Source of the DNA: a virus
Taxonomy: Duplodnaviria > Caudoviricetes
Direction: 5' to 3' (one strand)
IMG/VR virus record: IMGVR_UViG_3300028844_006787
DNA: 64,000 nucleotides
Below are positions 49,673 to 59,792 of this stretch, piece after piece. Every line of letters begins with the position of its first letter. Position 1 is the first letter of the stretch. A program made the position numbers and the translations under genes. The notes beneath the pieces were generated by a model that saw only the letters and a program-made list of their open reading frames with translations, was not told where the DNA came from and did no database searches.

Positions 49673-52600
49673 TTAACTATTGTCTTCTTCCAAGCTATTA
49701 AGTCGGATTGTAAGACTTTCAAGTGTCTTTAGAATTTTTTCTTGACTATTTTTGATGTCTGCAATGTCGTTGTGAATTGCTTTTTTCTTCATGTCTTCTT
49801 CAATTTTCTTGAATCTTACATCACGATCAAACTCAGAGTCTTTGACTCGTTTGTTCATTTTACCATCCACATCGTTCATGCGTTTTTTCATTGCATCTTG
49901 TTTCTTTTCAAGTTTTCTTTCAATATCACCGAAACGTTTTTTGCGTAATTTATCAACTTTATCAAGTTTCTCAATCTTCGCATCAAGTTGCTGAATAGAT
50001 TTAATCATCGGAGAAATAAACTCTTCGTAACGAAGACTCATGTGAAGTTCACCTTTACCTTCATCTTCATTATCCAAAGCATGATTTGGATCAACGAATC
50101 CACCGAAGTCTTTTCCACCAAGAACTTCTTGAACATCCTGTGCAATCAATCCGTAGTGAGTTCTTCCATGACTATTTTCAACAATCTTACCTTTTACTTC
50201 TTCTTGATTATCATCTGTATCAAGTCCGTTTGTATTTGCACGTTCTTCAACTAAAACCTTATCAGATTTATATTTGTAACTTACAGGTTTGAGTTTCTTA
50301 ATGAAATCGAGACCGAGATCACTTTTCTCAATTTTAGTTTTCGCACGTCTATCAGAATAAACATCAGGAGCATTACGACACCACAATGTATCAAAACGGT
50401 GTGCCCCGATTGGTGCTCCCAAGTCCATAACACCACTCATTGGAATCAATGCACCACCAATAAGTTTCATACTAACTGCGGAACGTGAATTTCCTTGGAA
50501 GTGTTTTTCACGATAACGATTATATGCATTTGTGTGAGTCGTACTACCATATGTATTATCACCTCTCCATGCAGCGTATTTCTTTGTGGTGTTTCTGAAC
50601 CAATTTGAACTTCCTTTTTCTTCACTTACTACATGGGAAATAACAGGAACTCCGTGTGCCCTGAATATAATACTTCCGTGATTACCAGTTTTAGCATTTT
50701 GATCTACACCTTTGCGAATATTATTTGCTTCAAGAACCAAATCACCATGATTTGCAAGAAGATGCAAAGAGTTTGGTGATGAATCGGTATTCTCACGGTG
50801 AGTTCTAATTGTAGAGTGCAATCCAACGGTAGAACCTTGTTCAGTATCAATCATCAAACGATTATCAAACAAATACTTTTTCCAAGATGCATTTCCACCT
50901 TTATGATAATGTGTATTAAAACGAACAGTACCAAGACCATCCATAATATGCTCACAATACATTTTGTTATCAGAACGATGTACATAAACTCCGTTTCCAC
51001 CCCAAGTTTTTACACCCATTCCATCAATTGTTGTACTTGTCCAATTTGATGTTCCTTTGAATGTTGTGGTTGTACCACTGAAACTTACTGCATTCAATGA
51101 AAACTTATTAACTTCAAGTGCATCTACTACAAGAGTTGCAGCCCCATTGCTTGTGTTTGTGAAGTGGTGTTTACCATTTACCGAACGATAATGCATTTGC
51201 CCACTTGATGCCGAATAAATATCTGCACCACGTGAGAACTCAAGGTGATGAGATTCACCACTTACTCCATTATCAAGTTCAACGGGTCCAGCCATATCAA
51301 GTTTCTTGGTTTGCAACTTAGCAAAATTGAAATCTTGAAGTTCAGCAATATTAGGCATAGGACCTGCAGGACCTGCAGGACCACGATCACCTTTAGCACC
51401 GGCTGCACCAACCGAACCTGCTTGTCCACCCATTCCACCGAGTAGTTGACTTAATGTTGGAGAATCACTACATACTTCATAGAAACCAGGAAGTGTCCAA
51501 TCAAGAGAAGCAGCTGGATTTGTTGAATAATACAAATAAGTTCTATGACGTTGAATACCAGTTGTACCCATTTTATAGTCTGTGTAATTTCTGATTTTCT
51601 TTCCTGTATCTATTCTATATAATCCACCACCATATGAATTTTTGTCAGGATCGTTATTCGCATGAATATATCCCACCGACAAACACCATACATTTTCTGG
51701 TAAGTTATTAATTGTAAAATAACTGAAATATGGATTTGTATTGTGACTATTATTACTCAAATTAAGAGTATCTGCACGACTTCCGTTGTTACTACAACCA
51801 TGATAAAAATAACCACCTGTTGCTTTTCCCACACGTTTAACATACACAACCGACATATAAGCTGCGTTCTTTTTAAGACCTGTAATGTCTTTATTCCAAC
51901 CACCATCTGCATTAGATAATTTGTCGTTGTTTCGTGCTTTCCAAACTTTTGTTCTGCGACCAAATGGACCGATTTCCCATGCAATTGAGTTTTCTGCGGA
52001 AGTTCCATTTACATTAAATACTCCACCTGTGTCTTCATCAAGATACGAACCTTTTCCAGTTGCAACTTCCCATTTACGATTAGACGCAAAATTTACATAA
52101 GATGAAGTACCAGGATCACCTTTGTCACCTTTGTCACCTTTAGCACCTTTAGCACCATCTTTTCCGGTTTGTCCGTCTCGTCCAGGAGAACCAGCAGGTC
52201 CTTTAGGTCCGGCAGGTCCAGGAGCACCTTGTGATCCTTGAGGTCCTGCTAAACCACTTGCACCTCTTGGTCCTTGTGGTCCAACTAATCCTCCACCACC
52301 AACTCCGTTGTATGCAAAGAATACTTCTCCGTCTGTAAGTGGTGTGTCGTAAAAGCGAATATCATCAATCATACCATCAAGAGTATAACGACCACCTTTA
52401 CGAATACTACCAATTTCAATTGGATAAGTTGTATCATTAAACAAGTGCTTTGCAGTTTTATTGCTTGCACCTGAATATATTGCCAAATCATTCAGTTCTA
52501 CTTCTTTACCATTCTTGTATACGGTAAGAATTCCATTTTTAAGGCTATAAGTCATGTGTGTCCAGTTTCTTAACTCTGGATAATTTGCAGTATTTTTAAT

Positions 52601-55510
52601 GGTTTGACCATGTGAATATGCACTATAAAACTGACCACTTGCGTATATAATAAACGAATTATTTGTTCCTTTACCATTTTGAGTGTACCATTTACTCATA
52701 ATACATCCAGGACTATCTTTGTATCGTGTTCCACCTGATGTAGTATTGTAACTATTCAGATATACCCAAAACGACACACTCCAATTTCCTGTTTTAAATA
52801 CATTATCAAGAATATCACCACCACTTGCAAAATCAGTTGTTTTACCAAGTTTAAATACACGACCACGTGAACCATCTGTTACAAATGGACTACCTGTAAT
52901 CGATACATTGTGAGTAAGTGACTTTCTTACAAGATACTTATTTGCTCCATACCATGATTTAATATAAAAGTTATATGAACTAAATGGATCTTTTCCGTTG
53001 TATTTGTGAATAAGTTCATTTGAACGTTTATTTGTTTGCAAATAATAAAAACGGTGACCACCCGAAATCGTTTTATAGTATACCGTGTTTTGACCACGGG
53101 GACTCAACTTACTTGGATCTTTTACAAGAATACCATAAGTTTGTACTCCTGGATTTGCGTCAATTACTTTCTTAAACTCAGACGGATTCTCCATTAAATC
53201 TTCTAGATATACAAGTTCTGCGAATCCTGATTCTTTATTTTGAACTTCCGCACGAAGAGATGCTTCTGTTACGGTTCCCTTTGGTGCATATCCATTTAAT
53301 GTTGGTCCCATACCAAGATTAGACCCCACACCAGTAACAGGTGCCATTACACTACCACTTACATAAGTAGATGGGTCCCAACGAAGAATTGGACTTGTAA
53401 CTGAAACGGGTTGTCCTGAAGCACCTGCATTTCCTTGTGGTCCTGTTGGTCCTGATGGTCCTGCATCACCTGCATCACCCTTGTCACCTTTGTCTCCTTT
53501 ATCACCTTTAGCACCTGCTGGTCCAACTGTTCCAACTGCACCCATAGGAGCAAACGACATAAATTTTGTTTGATTTGCTCCAACTGTATGAAAACTTGAA
53601 TCAAGATGATAAGTTTTTCCTTTTCCTACCGTTACACTTCTTTTGAATGCTCCGTTTAAATAATAAGTGACTTTATCATTATCGTATGTAATTACAAAAA
53701 TATCACCTGCTTTATATGTTCCAAAAGAACCACGACTTGCACCACCTTCATAAATGTATGCTTGTCCACCACTTGTTGGATACCAAGCAAAATCTATGCT
53801 TGTGTAACTTGCATCCTTTGATGGATCTTCATTCAAACCAATCATAATTGGTTTATTTGCTTGATTTACTGCAAAAGTAACAACTGCACCTGAATTAAAT
53901 CCAACGTTAGAATACACATGGGCATTCCAAGAATTACCACCTGTGTTTTTGCTAACTACTTGCTGAGTTTCATCGAGTGTAATATAACTTGAAGTAATTT
54001 GTAAATCAAGATGTACATTAGAACTTCCATTTTTTCCGTTTGTTCCGTCTTTTCCGTCTACACCATCTTTTCCGTTTACACCATCTTTACCGGCAGTTCC
54101 TGTCGCACCCGTTGCACCTGTATCACCTTTTGGTCCCTTGAGATCTGAAGATGTGAATTCTTTACCATTCAATGAAAATCCTTTTGCTTCTACCGTTCCT
54201 GAAAATACCACATTTCCGGTGGATGAACTAACTTTCATATCAACACTATTTCTTTCTTTATTATACACAAGAAAGTCATTGCTGAGATTGTGGTCTGCAC
54301 CAACTAACCAATATTTGTCGTTTGCATTAGGATAATCAAAACGAATGTGATTATCTTTATTATCGTTTGCGGTTAAACGCATTACTGCGTGACCATCGTC
54401 ACCTGTTGGCATATTGATATGCAAACCATGTGATGGTGCGATTGTACCGATGCCGATTCTTCCGTCTTTTGTGAAAACAACACGTGTTGCAGTTTGAACA
54501 TTATTTGCATTTCCGTTGTAAACATTGTTATCAAAGAATCCCAAACCTCCGTCAGGTGTACCACCAACACCAGGACCGATTCTCCAATCACCACTTTGTC
54601 CTGATTTAACTTTTGTTAAACGAAGTGGATCTGCATCGTCTGCTCGGATGTGAATTTTTGCCTGTGGATCAGATGTACCTACACCAAAATTTCTTGAAGT
54701 GTTGATCCATGATGCTTTACTTGAATCACTTGAATCCAAACGAATTTTCTCGGTATTTTCTGTTAATCCTTTTCCTAAACTTAATACTGCTCCATCTGTT
54801 GTATTGGAAATTTTAAAATCCTGTGAGGTTGTGTTATATACTGCCACAGGAATTGTATCATTTCCACCGGAGATGTGAAGTTTATGAAGTGGAGCAGGAG
54901 TTCCTACACCAATATTTCCCGAAGCAGTTATTGTTAATACCTCTGATCCTGGATGAGCAAATACAAAAAACTTGTCGTTGTCATTTACCAATTCAAAGTC
55001 AGCACTACCAGGAGTAGCACCATCTGTAAGACGTACTGTTGGTCTTTTGTTTTTAATATGAAGAGTTACTTCTGGAGCATCAATACCGATACCGACATTA
55101 ACATCACCCATTGCAAGTTTACCATCATTAACGACAAACGCAGAATCACCAGGATCACCTTTTTCACCCTTTTCACCGGTTAATCCAGGTGCACCATCAA
55201 TACCATCCTTTCCGACAATACCATCAGAACCCTTTAGAGTTTTCAAAAAGTCTTCTGTTGTACCTGAGTTACCTGCATCTAACCATAAATCATATGCACT
55301 TTTACCATCAGCACCGTCACCACCTGCAGGACCTTGAGGTCCTTGTGTCCCGATTTCCTTCTTTAAATCAGAAAAGGTAATCTTGCTTGTTTGACCACCT
55401 GTTCCTGCTTCTGCTCCGTTTACGACTTCCTTGTTAACTACGACAAATTCATCATCATCCGTCAAACCTTCAAGTTTAGTCAAATCACTAATTTTTTTTC
55501 CGTCTGCCAT
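49673..55510 (-). CDS. Tail fibre/spike protein with collagen repeats, LamG-like domain and C-terminal intramolecular chaperone (S74)
   Basis: KKISDL N-terminus; five G-X-Y blocks; G[IV]GTxxP repeats; WSVSFWV...WTHMTY...DDIRFYDTPL; SDRRAK...LKPVSY...GLIAQDV; GGAGA RBS. Confidence 0.88.
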   Translation of the reverse strand: MADGKKISDLTKLEGLTDDDEFVVVNKEVVNGAEAGTGGQTSKITFSDLKKEIGTQGPQGPAGGDGADGKSAYDLWLDAGNSGTTEDFLKTLKGSDGIVGKDGIDGAPGLTGEKGEKGDPGDSAFVVNDGKLAMGDVNVGIGIDAPEVTLHIKNKRPTVRLTDGATPGSADFELVNDNDKFFVFAHPGSEVLTITASGNIGVGTPAPLHKLHISGGNDTIPVAVYNTTSQDFKISNTTDGAVLSLGKGLTENTEKIRLDSSDSSKASWINTSRNFGVGTSDPQAKIHIRADDADPLRLTKVKSGQSGDWRIGPGVGGTPDGGLGFFDNNVYNGNANNVQTATRVVFTKDGRIGIGTIAPSHGLHINMPTGDDGHAVMRLTANDNKDNHIRFDYPNANDKYWLVGADHNLSNDFLVYNKERNSVDMKVSSSTGNVVFSGTVEAKGFSLNGKEFTSSDLKGPKGDTGATGATGTAGKDGVNGKDGVDGKDGTNGKNGSSNVHLDLQITSSYITLDETQQVVSKNTGGNSWNAHVYSNVGFNSGAVVTFAVNQANKPIMIGLNEDPSKDASYTSIDFAWYPTSGGQAYIYEGGASRGSFGTYKAGDIFVITYDNDKVTYYLNGAFKRSVTVGKGKTYHLDSSFHTVGANQTKFMSFAPMGAVGTVGPAGAKGDKGDKGDKGDAGDAGPSGPTGPQGNAGASGQPVSVTSPILRWDPSTYVSGSVMAPVTGVGSNLGMGPTLNGYAPKGTVTEASLRAEVQNKESGFAELVYLEDLMENPSEFKKVIDANPGVQTYGILVKDPSKLSPRGQNTVYYKTISGGHRFYYLQTNKRSNELIHKYNGKDPFSSYNFYIKSWYGANKYLVRKSLTHNVSITGSPFVTDGSRGRVFKLGKTTDFASGGDILDNVFKTGNWSVSFWVYLNSYNTTSGGTRYKDSPGCIMSKWYTQNGKGTNNSFIIYASGQFYSAYSHGQTIKNTANYPELRNWTHMTYSLKNGILTVYKNGKEVELNDLAIYSGASNKTAKHLFNDTTYPIEIGSIRKGGRYTLDGMIDDIRFYDTPLTDGEVFFAYNGVGGGGLVGPQGPRGASGLAGPQGSQGAPGPAGPKGPAGSPGRDGQTGKDGAKGAKGDKGDKGDPGTSSYVNFASNRKWEVATGKGSYLDEDTGGVFNVNGTSAENSIAWEIGPFGRRTKVWKARNNDKLSNADGGWNKDITGLKKNAAYMSVVYVKRVGKATGGYFYHGCSNNGSRADTLNLSNNSHNTNPYFSYFTINNLPENVWCLSVGYIHANNDPDKNSYGGGLYRIDTGKKIRNYTDYKMGTTGIQRHRTYLYYSTNPAASLDWTLPGFYEVCSDSPTLSQLLGGMGGQAGSVGAAGAKGDRGPAGPAGPMPNIAELQDFNFAKLQTKKLDMAGPVELDNGVSGESHHLEFSRGADIYSASSGQMHYRSVNGKHHFTNTSNGAATLVVDALEVNKFSLNAVSFSGTTTTFKGTSNWTSTTIDGMGVKTWGGNGVYVHRSDNKMYCEHIMDGLGTVRFNTHYHKGGNASWKKYLFDNRLMIDTEQGSTVGLHSTIRTHRENTDSSPNSLHLLANHGDLVLEANNIRKGVDQNAKTGNHGSIIFRAHGVPVISHVVSEEKGSSNWFRNTTKKYAAWRGDNTYGSTTHTNAYNRYREKHFQGNSRSAVSMKLIGGALIPMSGVMDLGAPIGAHRFDTLWCRNAPDVYSDRRAKTKIEKSDLGLDFIKKLKPVSYKYKSDKVLVEERANTNGLDTDDNQEEVKGKIVENSHGRTHYGLIAQDVQEVLGGKDFGGFVDPNHALDNEDEGKGELHMSLRYEEFISPMIKSIQQLDAKIEKLDKVDKLRKKRFGDIERKLEKKQDAMKKRMNDVDGKMNKRVKDSEFDRDVRFKKIEEDMKKKAIHNDIADIKNSQEKILKTLESLTIRLNSLEEDNS

Positions 55511-55536
55511 TTTTTTACATCTCCAATGTGTTAGTA

Positions 55537-55977
55537 TTAAATTTTTTCTATATATTCAAGAGAATCAAGTTCAACGATGTTTCTTTTGAATAACGAACCT
55601 TTTATGTTTTGCATCAAGTAACTATTTTCAATAACCCGCAACGATTTGTTACGATGCTCAAAAAGCATTTTAAATTTTTGTTGTAATGATTTTATTTGAA
55701 ATAGAATTTCTCTTTGTCCTGCACCACCAATTTTTTCTACTTTATATAAGGTGTTATCTATTTTCTGAGTAGAAATTCCATCCATGTTTATTAAAGTACA
55801 ATCATCTACTTTAATATAAAAAAACATATTTTTATAGAAAACATAAAATTTATCAACGGCACTCCACGTTTTTACATCATCTGACAATGAAGCAGAAGAA
55901 TAGTTTACTACTAATCTATCAGTTTCCACTTGATTATCGAATGCACGAATGCTTTTAAGTTTCCTATTTATCACCAT
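55537..55977 (-). CDS. Hypothetical protein
   Basis: 146 aa ORF. Confidence 0.6.
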   Translation of the reverse strand: MVINRKLKSIRAFDNQVETDRLVVNYSSASLSDDVKTWSAVDKFYVFYKNMFFYIKVDDCTLINMDGISTQKIDNTLYKVEKIGGAGQREILFQIKSLQQKFKMLFEHRNKSLRVIENSYLMQNIKGSLFKRNIVELDSLEYIEKI

Positions 55978-56003
55978 ATCTTTATTATAAATAATATTTT
56001 ATT

Positions 56004-56483
56004 TTATTTTTTTGTAATTTCGTTGTAAAGTTTTCTAACTTCTTCTTTAAGTTTCGTAACGACCTTGTTTTTTACTTTTTCGTCACCTGTTACTGGTTTA
56101 ATGTTCCAAAATTCAATTTTGTCAGCAAAATCTGAGTATTGCTCGTTCATAAATTCTTTTTGTTCTTTTTCACTAATTACTACGATTTTGTCACAGAAAT
56201 CAAAATCTTCACGTGTAATAGCAGAATGAGTTTTAGTATAACAATCGTTTCCGTATAATAAAAAACTTTCACAGACTTGCTTTGAAAACTCATTAATTTC
56301 TAAATCTTCGTTGATTTTTATATTGGTGCTATATGCCGCTGGGTATCTTGAACTTGGGTATCGTCCCATTCCGTGCGTGTTTAACATAAACAAGCATTCA
56401 AGTTTTCCCAAATTATTAAAATATGCCTCTGCGAATTTACTGCGATACATATCACCATTACCAATAAAAATTACTTTCTTCAT
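56004..56483 (-). CDS. LMW protein-tyrosine-phosphatase/ArsC-like protein lacking the catalytic Cys
   Basis: KKVIFIGNGDMYRSKFAEAYF versus canonical VLF-C-x-G-N-x-x-R-S-x-x-AE; D-x-I-V-V and W-x-I motifs. Confidence 0.7.
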   Translation of the reverse strand: MKKVIFIGNGDMYRSKFAEAYFNNLGKLECLFMLNTHGMGRYPSSRYPAAYSTNIKINEDLEINEFSKQVCESFLLYGNDCYTKTHSAITREDFDFCDKIVVISEKEQKEFMNEQYSDFADKIEFWNIKPVTGDEKVKNKVVTKLKEEVRKLYNEITKK

Positions 56484-56523
56484 ATTATAATAATTATAGT
56501 ATATACTAGTTTTTATAATGTTT

Positions 56524-56709
56524 TTATAATAACTTGTATAGAAAATTTAGTAAAAATAATCCTGTGGAAATGTGAAGCAGTGCGTACCCACATAAATACA
56601 CCAATAATGCAATGATCGTATATTTTAATAGTTTCTTAATCACCACTTTGTTTTTTAAGTTTAAGTCGTGCCATATCAACAACCACATTCTTAACACTTT
56701 TAAATTCAT
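56524..56709 (-). CDS. Small membrane protein
   Basis: Hydrophobic C-terminal ~39 aa; true start probably near 56643, overlapping the resolvase stop. Confidence 0.4.
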   Translation of the reverse strand: MNLKVLRMWLLIWHDLNLKNKVVIKKLLKYTIIALLVYLCGYALLHISTGLFLLNFLYKLL

Positions 56710-57181
56710 CGAATGAAATCATCATCCATTTTCGTTTGTATATTAAATGATTTTCAAAGTATGTACTTGGACAAATACCATCATCGGTTTTAATTATTTT
56801 ATAGTCAAATACAACGTAACTTCCTATATAACTAAATTTACACATAATCATAGGAAGTCGTCTTGCAAGAATAGCATCTTTTTCTGCCGATGCAATCCAC
56901 TCATCAAGTAATTTATTTTCTCCGTGCAGTAAATGAGAAAACTTGAAATCTTCATAATGCTTTGCTTCAATAGTAAATGGAAAATCTTTAGGAGTAATAA
57001 TATCACCTGTGAGTATTTCAACTACATCTTGTCGTTCACCTTTTGCATTTTCCGCATTTTCTCCACCGAACATTGCACCTGACCTTGGCACACGACTAAA
57101 CTTTCCTTCGAAATTTTCCTCTAGAAACTTTGCTACTTCAAGTTCCCATGCGTTTCCTTTATCTTTTGATGCAACTCCCAT
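56636..57181 (-). CDS. Hjc-like PD-(D/E)XK Holliday junction resolvase
   Basis: SKxKGxxWExEVA, SGA, GDI, IEAK. Confidence 0.8.
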   Translation of the reverse strand: MGVASKDKGNAWELEVAKFLEENFEGKFSRVPRSGAMFGGENAENAKGERQDVVEILTGDIITPKDFPFTIEAKHYEDFKFSHLLHGENKLLDEWIASAEKDAILARRLPMIMCKFSYIGSYVVFDYKIIKTDDGICPSTYFENHLIYKRKWMMISFDEFKSVKNVVVDMARLKLKKQSGD

Positions 57182-57221
57182 TATTATAATAAATATTTAT
57201 CAAACTAGTTTTTATAATAAA

Positions 57222-57953
57222 TCACAGGTCTCCCCATGAATTTGTAAGATTTGCGATGTATTTTTTATTTTTAATATTTTCCAAACTAGTAACAAAATTA
57301 TTATAGTTGGATTGATATTTCATACTTGAAAATTTTGTATTCTGAATTTCAAGTTTTTCATGTTCTGAATAATTGCACATTCTTTCGTGTTCTGTGTGTT
57401 CTATTTTTCCAAGAAATTTTAATGGAATATTTTTTAATTTACATCTAAGTTTTTTAAGTCGTTCACAGAAATCAATTTCTTCGTATCCCCATCCTTTAAA
57501 CTTTTCATTGTAACCACGCACCATATTAAAGTTTTGTTTGGAACAGACAACACGACCACACATTCCAGCAGTTTCGGAAGAATACTCTACTCTTAAAACT
57601 GAATTCTCGTTTTCACTGAATTCGTTTAATACAAATTCAATGAATCCTTTTTGGGTCCTGTTGTCCGCATCCAACCAACACAATAAATTTCCACTTGAAC
57701 TTTTACCAAGAGTATTTTTTGCGTGGGACATATTAAAATATTTTGGTTTGTTTGTTTTAATGTATTTTAATTCAACATTAACATCTCTGAGTTCATTTTT
57801 CACAAAATCATCTAAATCATCAGTTGAATTATAATTTAGAAGTACAAATTCTACTTCACACTTATTAGTTATGCTATTTTCTATGTTTTTAAGATATGTC
57901 TGTTTTAGATGATGAGTTCTATTCATACAACTCGTTAAAAAAGATATTTTCAT
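57222..57953 (-). CDS. GT2-type glycosyltransferase with GT7-like C-terminus
   Basis: SCMNR, DAD, GYNEKFKGWGYEEIDF. Confidence 0.85.
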   Translation of the reverse strand: MKISFLTSCMNRTHHLKQTYLKNIENSITNKCEVEFVLLNYNSTDDLDDFVKNELRDVNVELKYIKTNKPKYFNMSHAKNTLGKSSSGNLLCWLDADNRTQKGFIEFVLNEFSENENSVLRVEYSSETAGMCGRVVCSKQNFNMVRGYNEKFKGWGYEEIDFCERLKKLRCKLKNIPLKFLGKIEHTEHERMCNYSEHEKLEIQNTKFSSMKYQSNYNNFVTSLENIKNKKYIANLTNSWGDL

Positions 57954-59764
57954 TTTTGTATACTCTGATATATTTCACTTCCAAAAAAACTATTTACAAA
58001 ATTCTCTGCTGAGAATTTATACTTATCTACTTCATTGAGCAAATACAGATGTGCAGCCTCTATTAAAAGAGGATTACTTGCTTTAACATATGCTTCTCCT
58101 AAATCATGAAAGTAAAGTGGATAATCTTCACCGAGATATTCAACCACCGCAGGATGTTTTTTAACTAAAATTGGAGTATTTCTTACAATACATTCTATTA
58201 GTAAATTACTTGCTGATATATCATAGAAATCAAATAATATTATATTACACGATAATAATTCATCGTATTGATTATTTGGTAATTTTGGAATTATTTTTGT
58301 ATTATATTTTTTGCATATGTTAAAGAATTTGCTTTTATTTTTTTCAAAATCACTTTCTTTAAAATTAAACTCATAATTTGGTTCGTTCATTTCATGTTGA
58401 ACACACGCATTAAAAATCTTAGCAATATGAGGAATATTTTTACTTATTTCAAGTTGTATAATTGATTTTTCTAAATGTTCGGGTGTTTCAATTTTTAATA
58501 TTGAAGTTAATTTTCTTAACCAATAACCAATCTGAATTATTCTTTTGTTTGGATTGTTATTGTAACGTTCCATAGTAAAAGTTAATTCGGGAAATTCAGT
58601 TGGATGATACAATACATTTACTTTAACATTCGGTAGAAGTCGTCTCCATGTTTTTGCAAGATGCTCTGATAAAACGAATAATCCTTTACATCGTTTCCAT
58701 ATTAATTTGTATTTAAATTTATTAACATAATAGTTTGGATATTGATTTACTATATCACCGATAAATTGTGGATACTCGGCAGGTGCATGAGCAATTCCGA
58801 TCCAACTTCGTGTAAGCATCTTCTTTACAAGAACTCCATCAAAGTTCCAACCAAAATCTCGTTCAATAAACGATGAAAAAACTACTCCACGTGGATTATT
58901 TCCTCGGGGTTTTAAACTACGCATAACATATTGCCAACCACTTCTATGCTTTCCATAACTTCCATCAAACTGAGTATTAAAATCAAGTGCATTATTCAAT
59001 TCTTGAGATTTTTTGTAGTATTTTTTAATGATTTTTTCTGATGCAGATTTTCTGACTTCATCGTTTCTGCGATTATGCGAGTTGTTTACTACTCTGTATA
59101 TGACAAGTGGTTTTTTAATGTGATAAAAAGAAAATCCATTGTTTGATGTTCGCAACCAAAATTCCCAATCGGCACTTTGATTATACTCTTCTTCATCAAA
59201 GTATCCTATTTTATCGTGTATGCTTTTTTTCCAAACAGGACTACAATGAGGTAAATTTCTTGCTACTATTTTATCATCGTCATACGCAAACATATCTTTT
59301 GCAAAATAATATTCAGCAACATAAGAATCAAACCAAACTTCTTTTGGTAAATTATCAAGAGTTACATTTTGATTTTCACTTGCAACATATACCGCAGTTG
59401 AAACAACTGAAATTGAGTTGTTTCGTTCCATTACCTTTACACATTCTTCAATGTGACTTGGTAATCTTTTATCATCAAGATTGGCATTTGTAATATAAAT
59501 ACCTTTTGATTTTTTGATTGCATAATTCCATACTTCATAGATACCAGGATCTTCTTCAAGTCTTTCGTATTTTATATTATTATATTTTAGAAGATATGGT
59601 TTAATAAAAACTATTTCACCTTCAGGTGAGTTTGCGTCTATTAGTATAAGTTCACATTTATCAAAGTATGTTTGCTTAACAATATTAGCAAGAAAGTCCT
59701 GTATGTATTTTCGTCCTTTATATAACGATGTAATAATACTTACAAGTGGTTCATCTTTCTCCAT
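57950..59764 (-). CDS. Two-domain glycosyltransferase (N-terminal GT2 plus uncharacterised C-terminal domain)
   Basis: PLVSIITSLY, LIDANS, NANLDD, ADWEFWLR; C-terminal half begins GKHRSGW. Confidence 0.8.
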   Translation of the reverse strand: MEKDEPLVSIITSLYKGRKYIQDFLANIVKQTYFDKCELILIDANSPEGEIVFIKPYLLKYNNIKYERLEEDPGIYEVWNYAIKKSKGIYITNANLDDKRLPSHIEECVKVMERNNSISVVSTAVYVASENQNVTLDNLPKEVWFDSYVAEYYFAKDMFAYDDDKIVARNLPHCSPVWKKSIHDKIGYFDEEEYNQSADWEFWLRTSNNGFSFYHIKKPLVIYRVVNNSHNRRNDEVRKSASEKIIKKYYKKSQELNNALDFNTQFDGSYGKHRSGWQYVMRSLKPRGNNPRGVVFSSFIERDFGWNFDGVLVKKMLTRSWIGIAHAPAEYPQFIGDIVNQYPNYYVNKFKYKLIWKRCKGLFVLSEHLAKTWRRLLPNVKVNVLYHPTEFPELTFTMERYNNNPNKRIIQIGYWLRKLTSILKIETPEHLEKSIIQLEISKNIPHIAKIFNACVQHEMNEPNYEFNFKESDFEKNKSKFFNICKKYNTKIIPKLPNNQYDELLSCNIILFDFYDISASNLLIECIVRNTPILVKKHPAVVEYLGEDYPLYFHDLGEAYVKASNPLLIEAAHLYLLNEVDKYKFSAENFVNSFFGSEIYQSIQK

Positions 59765-59792
59765 ATAAGTAAATATAGCAGATTATTATAAT

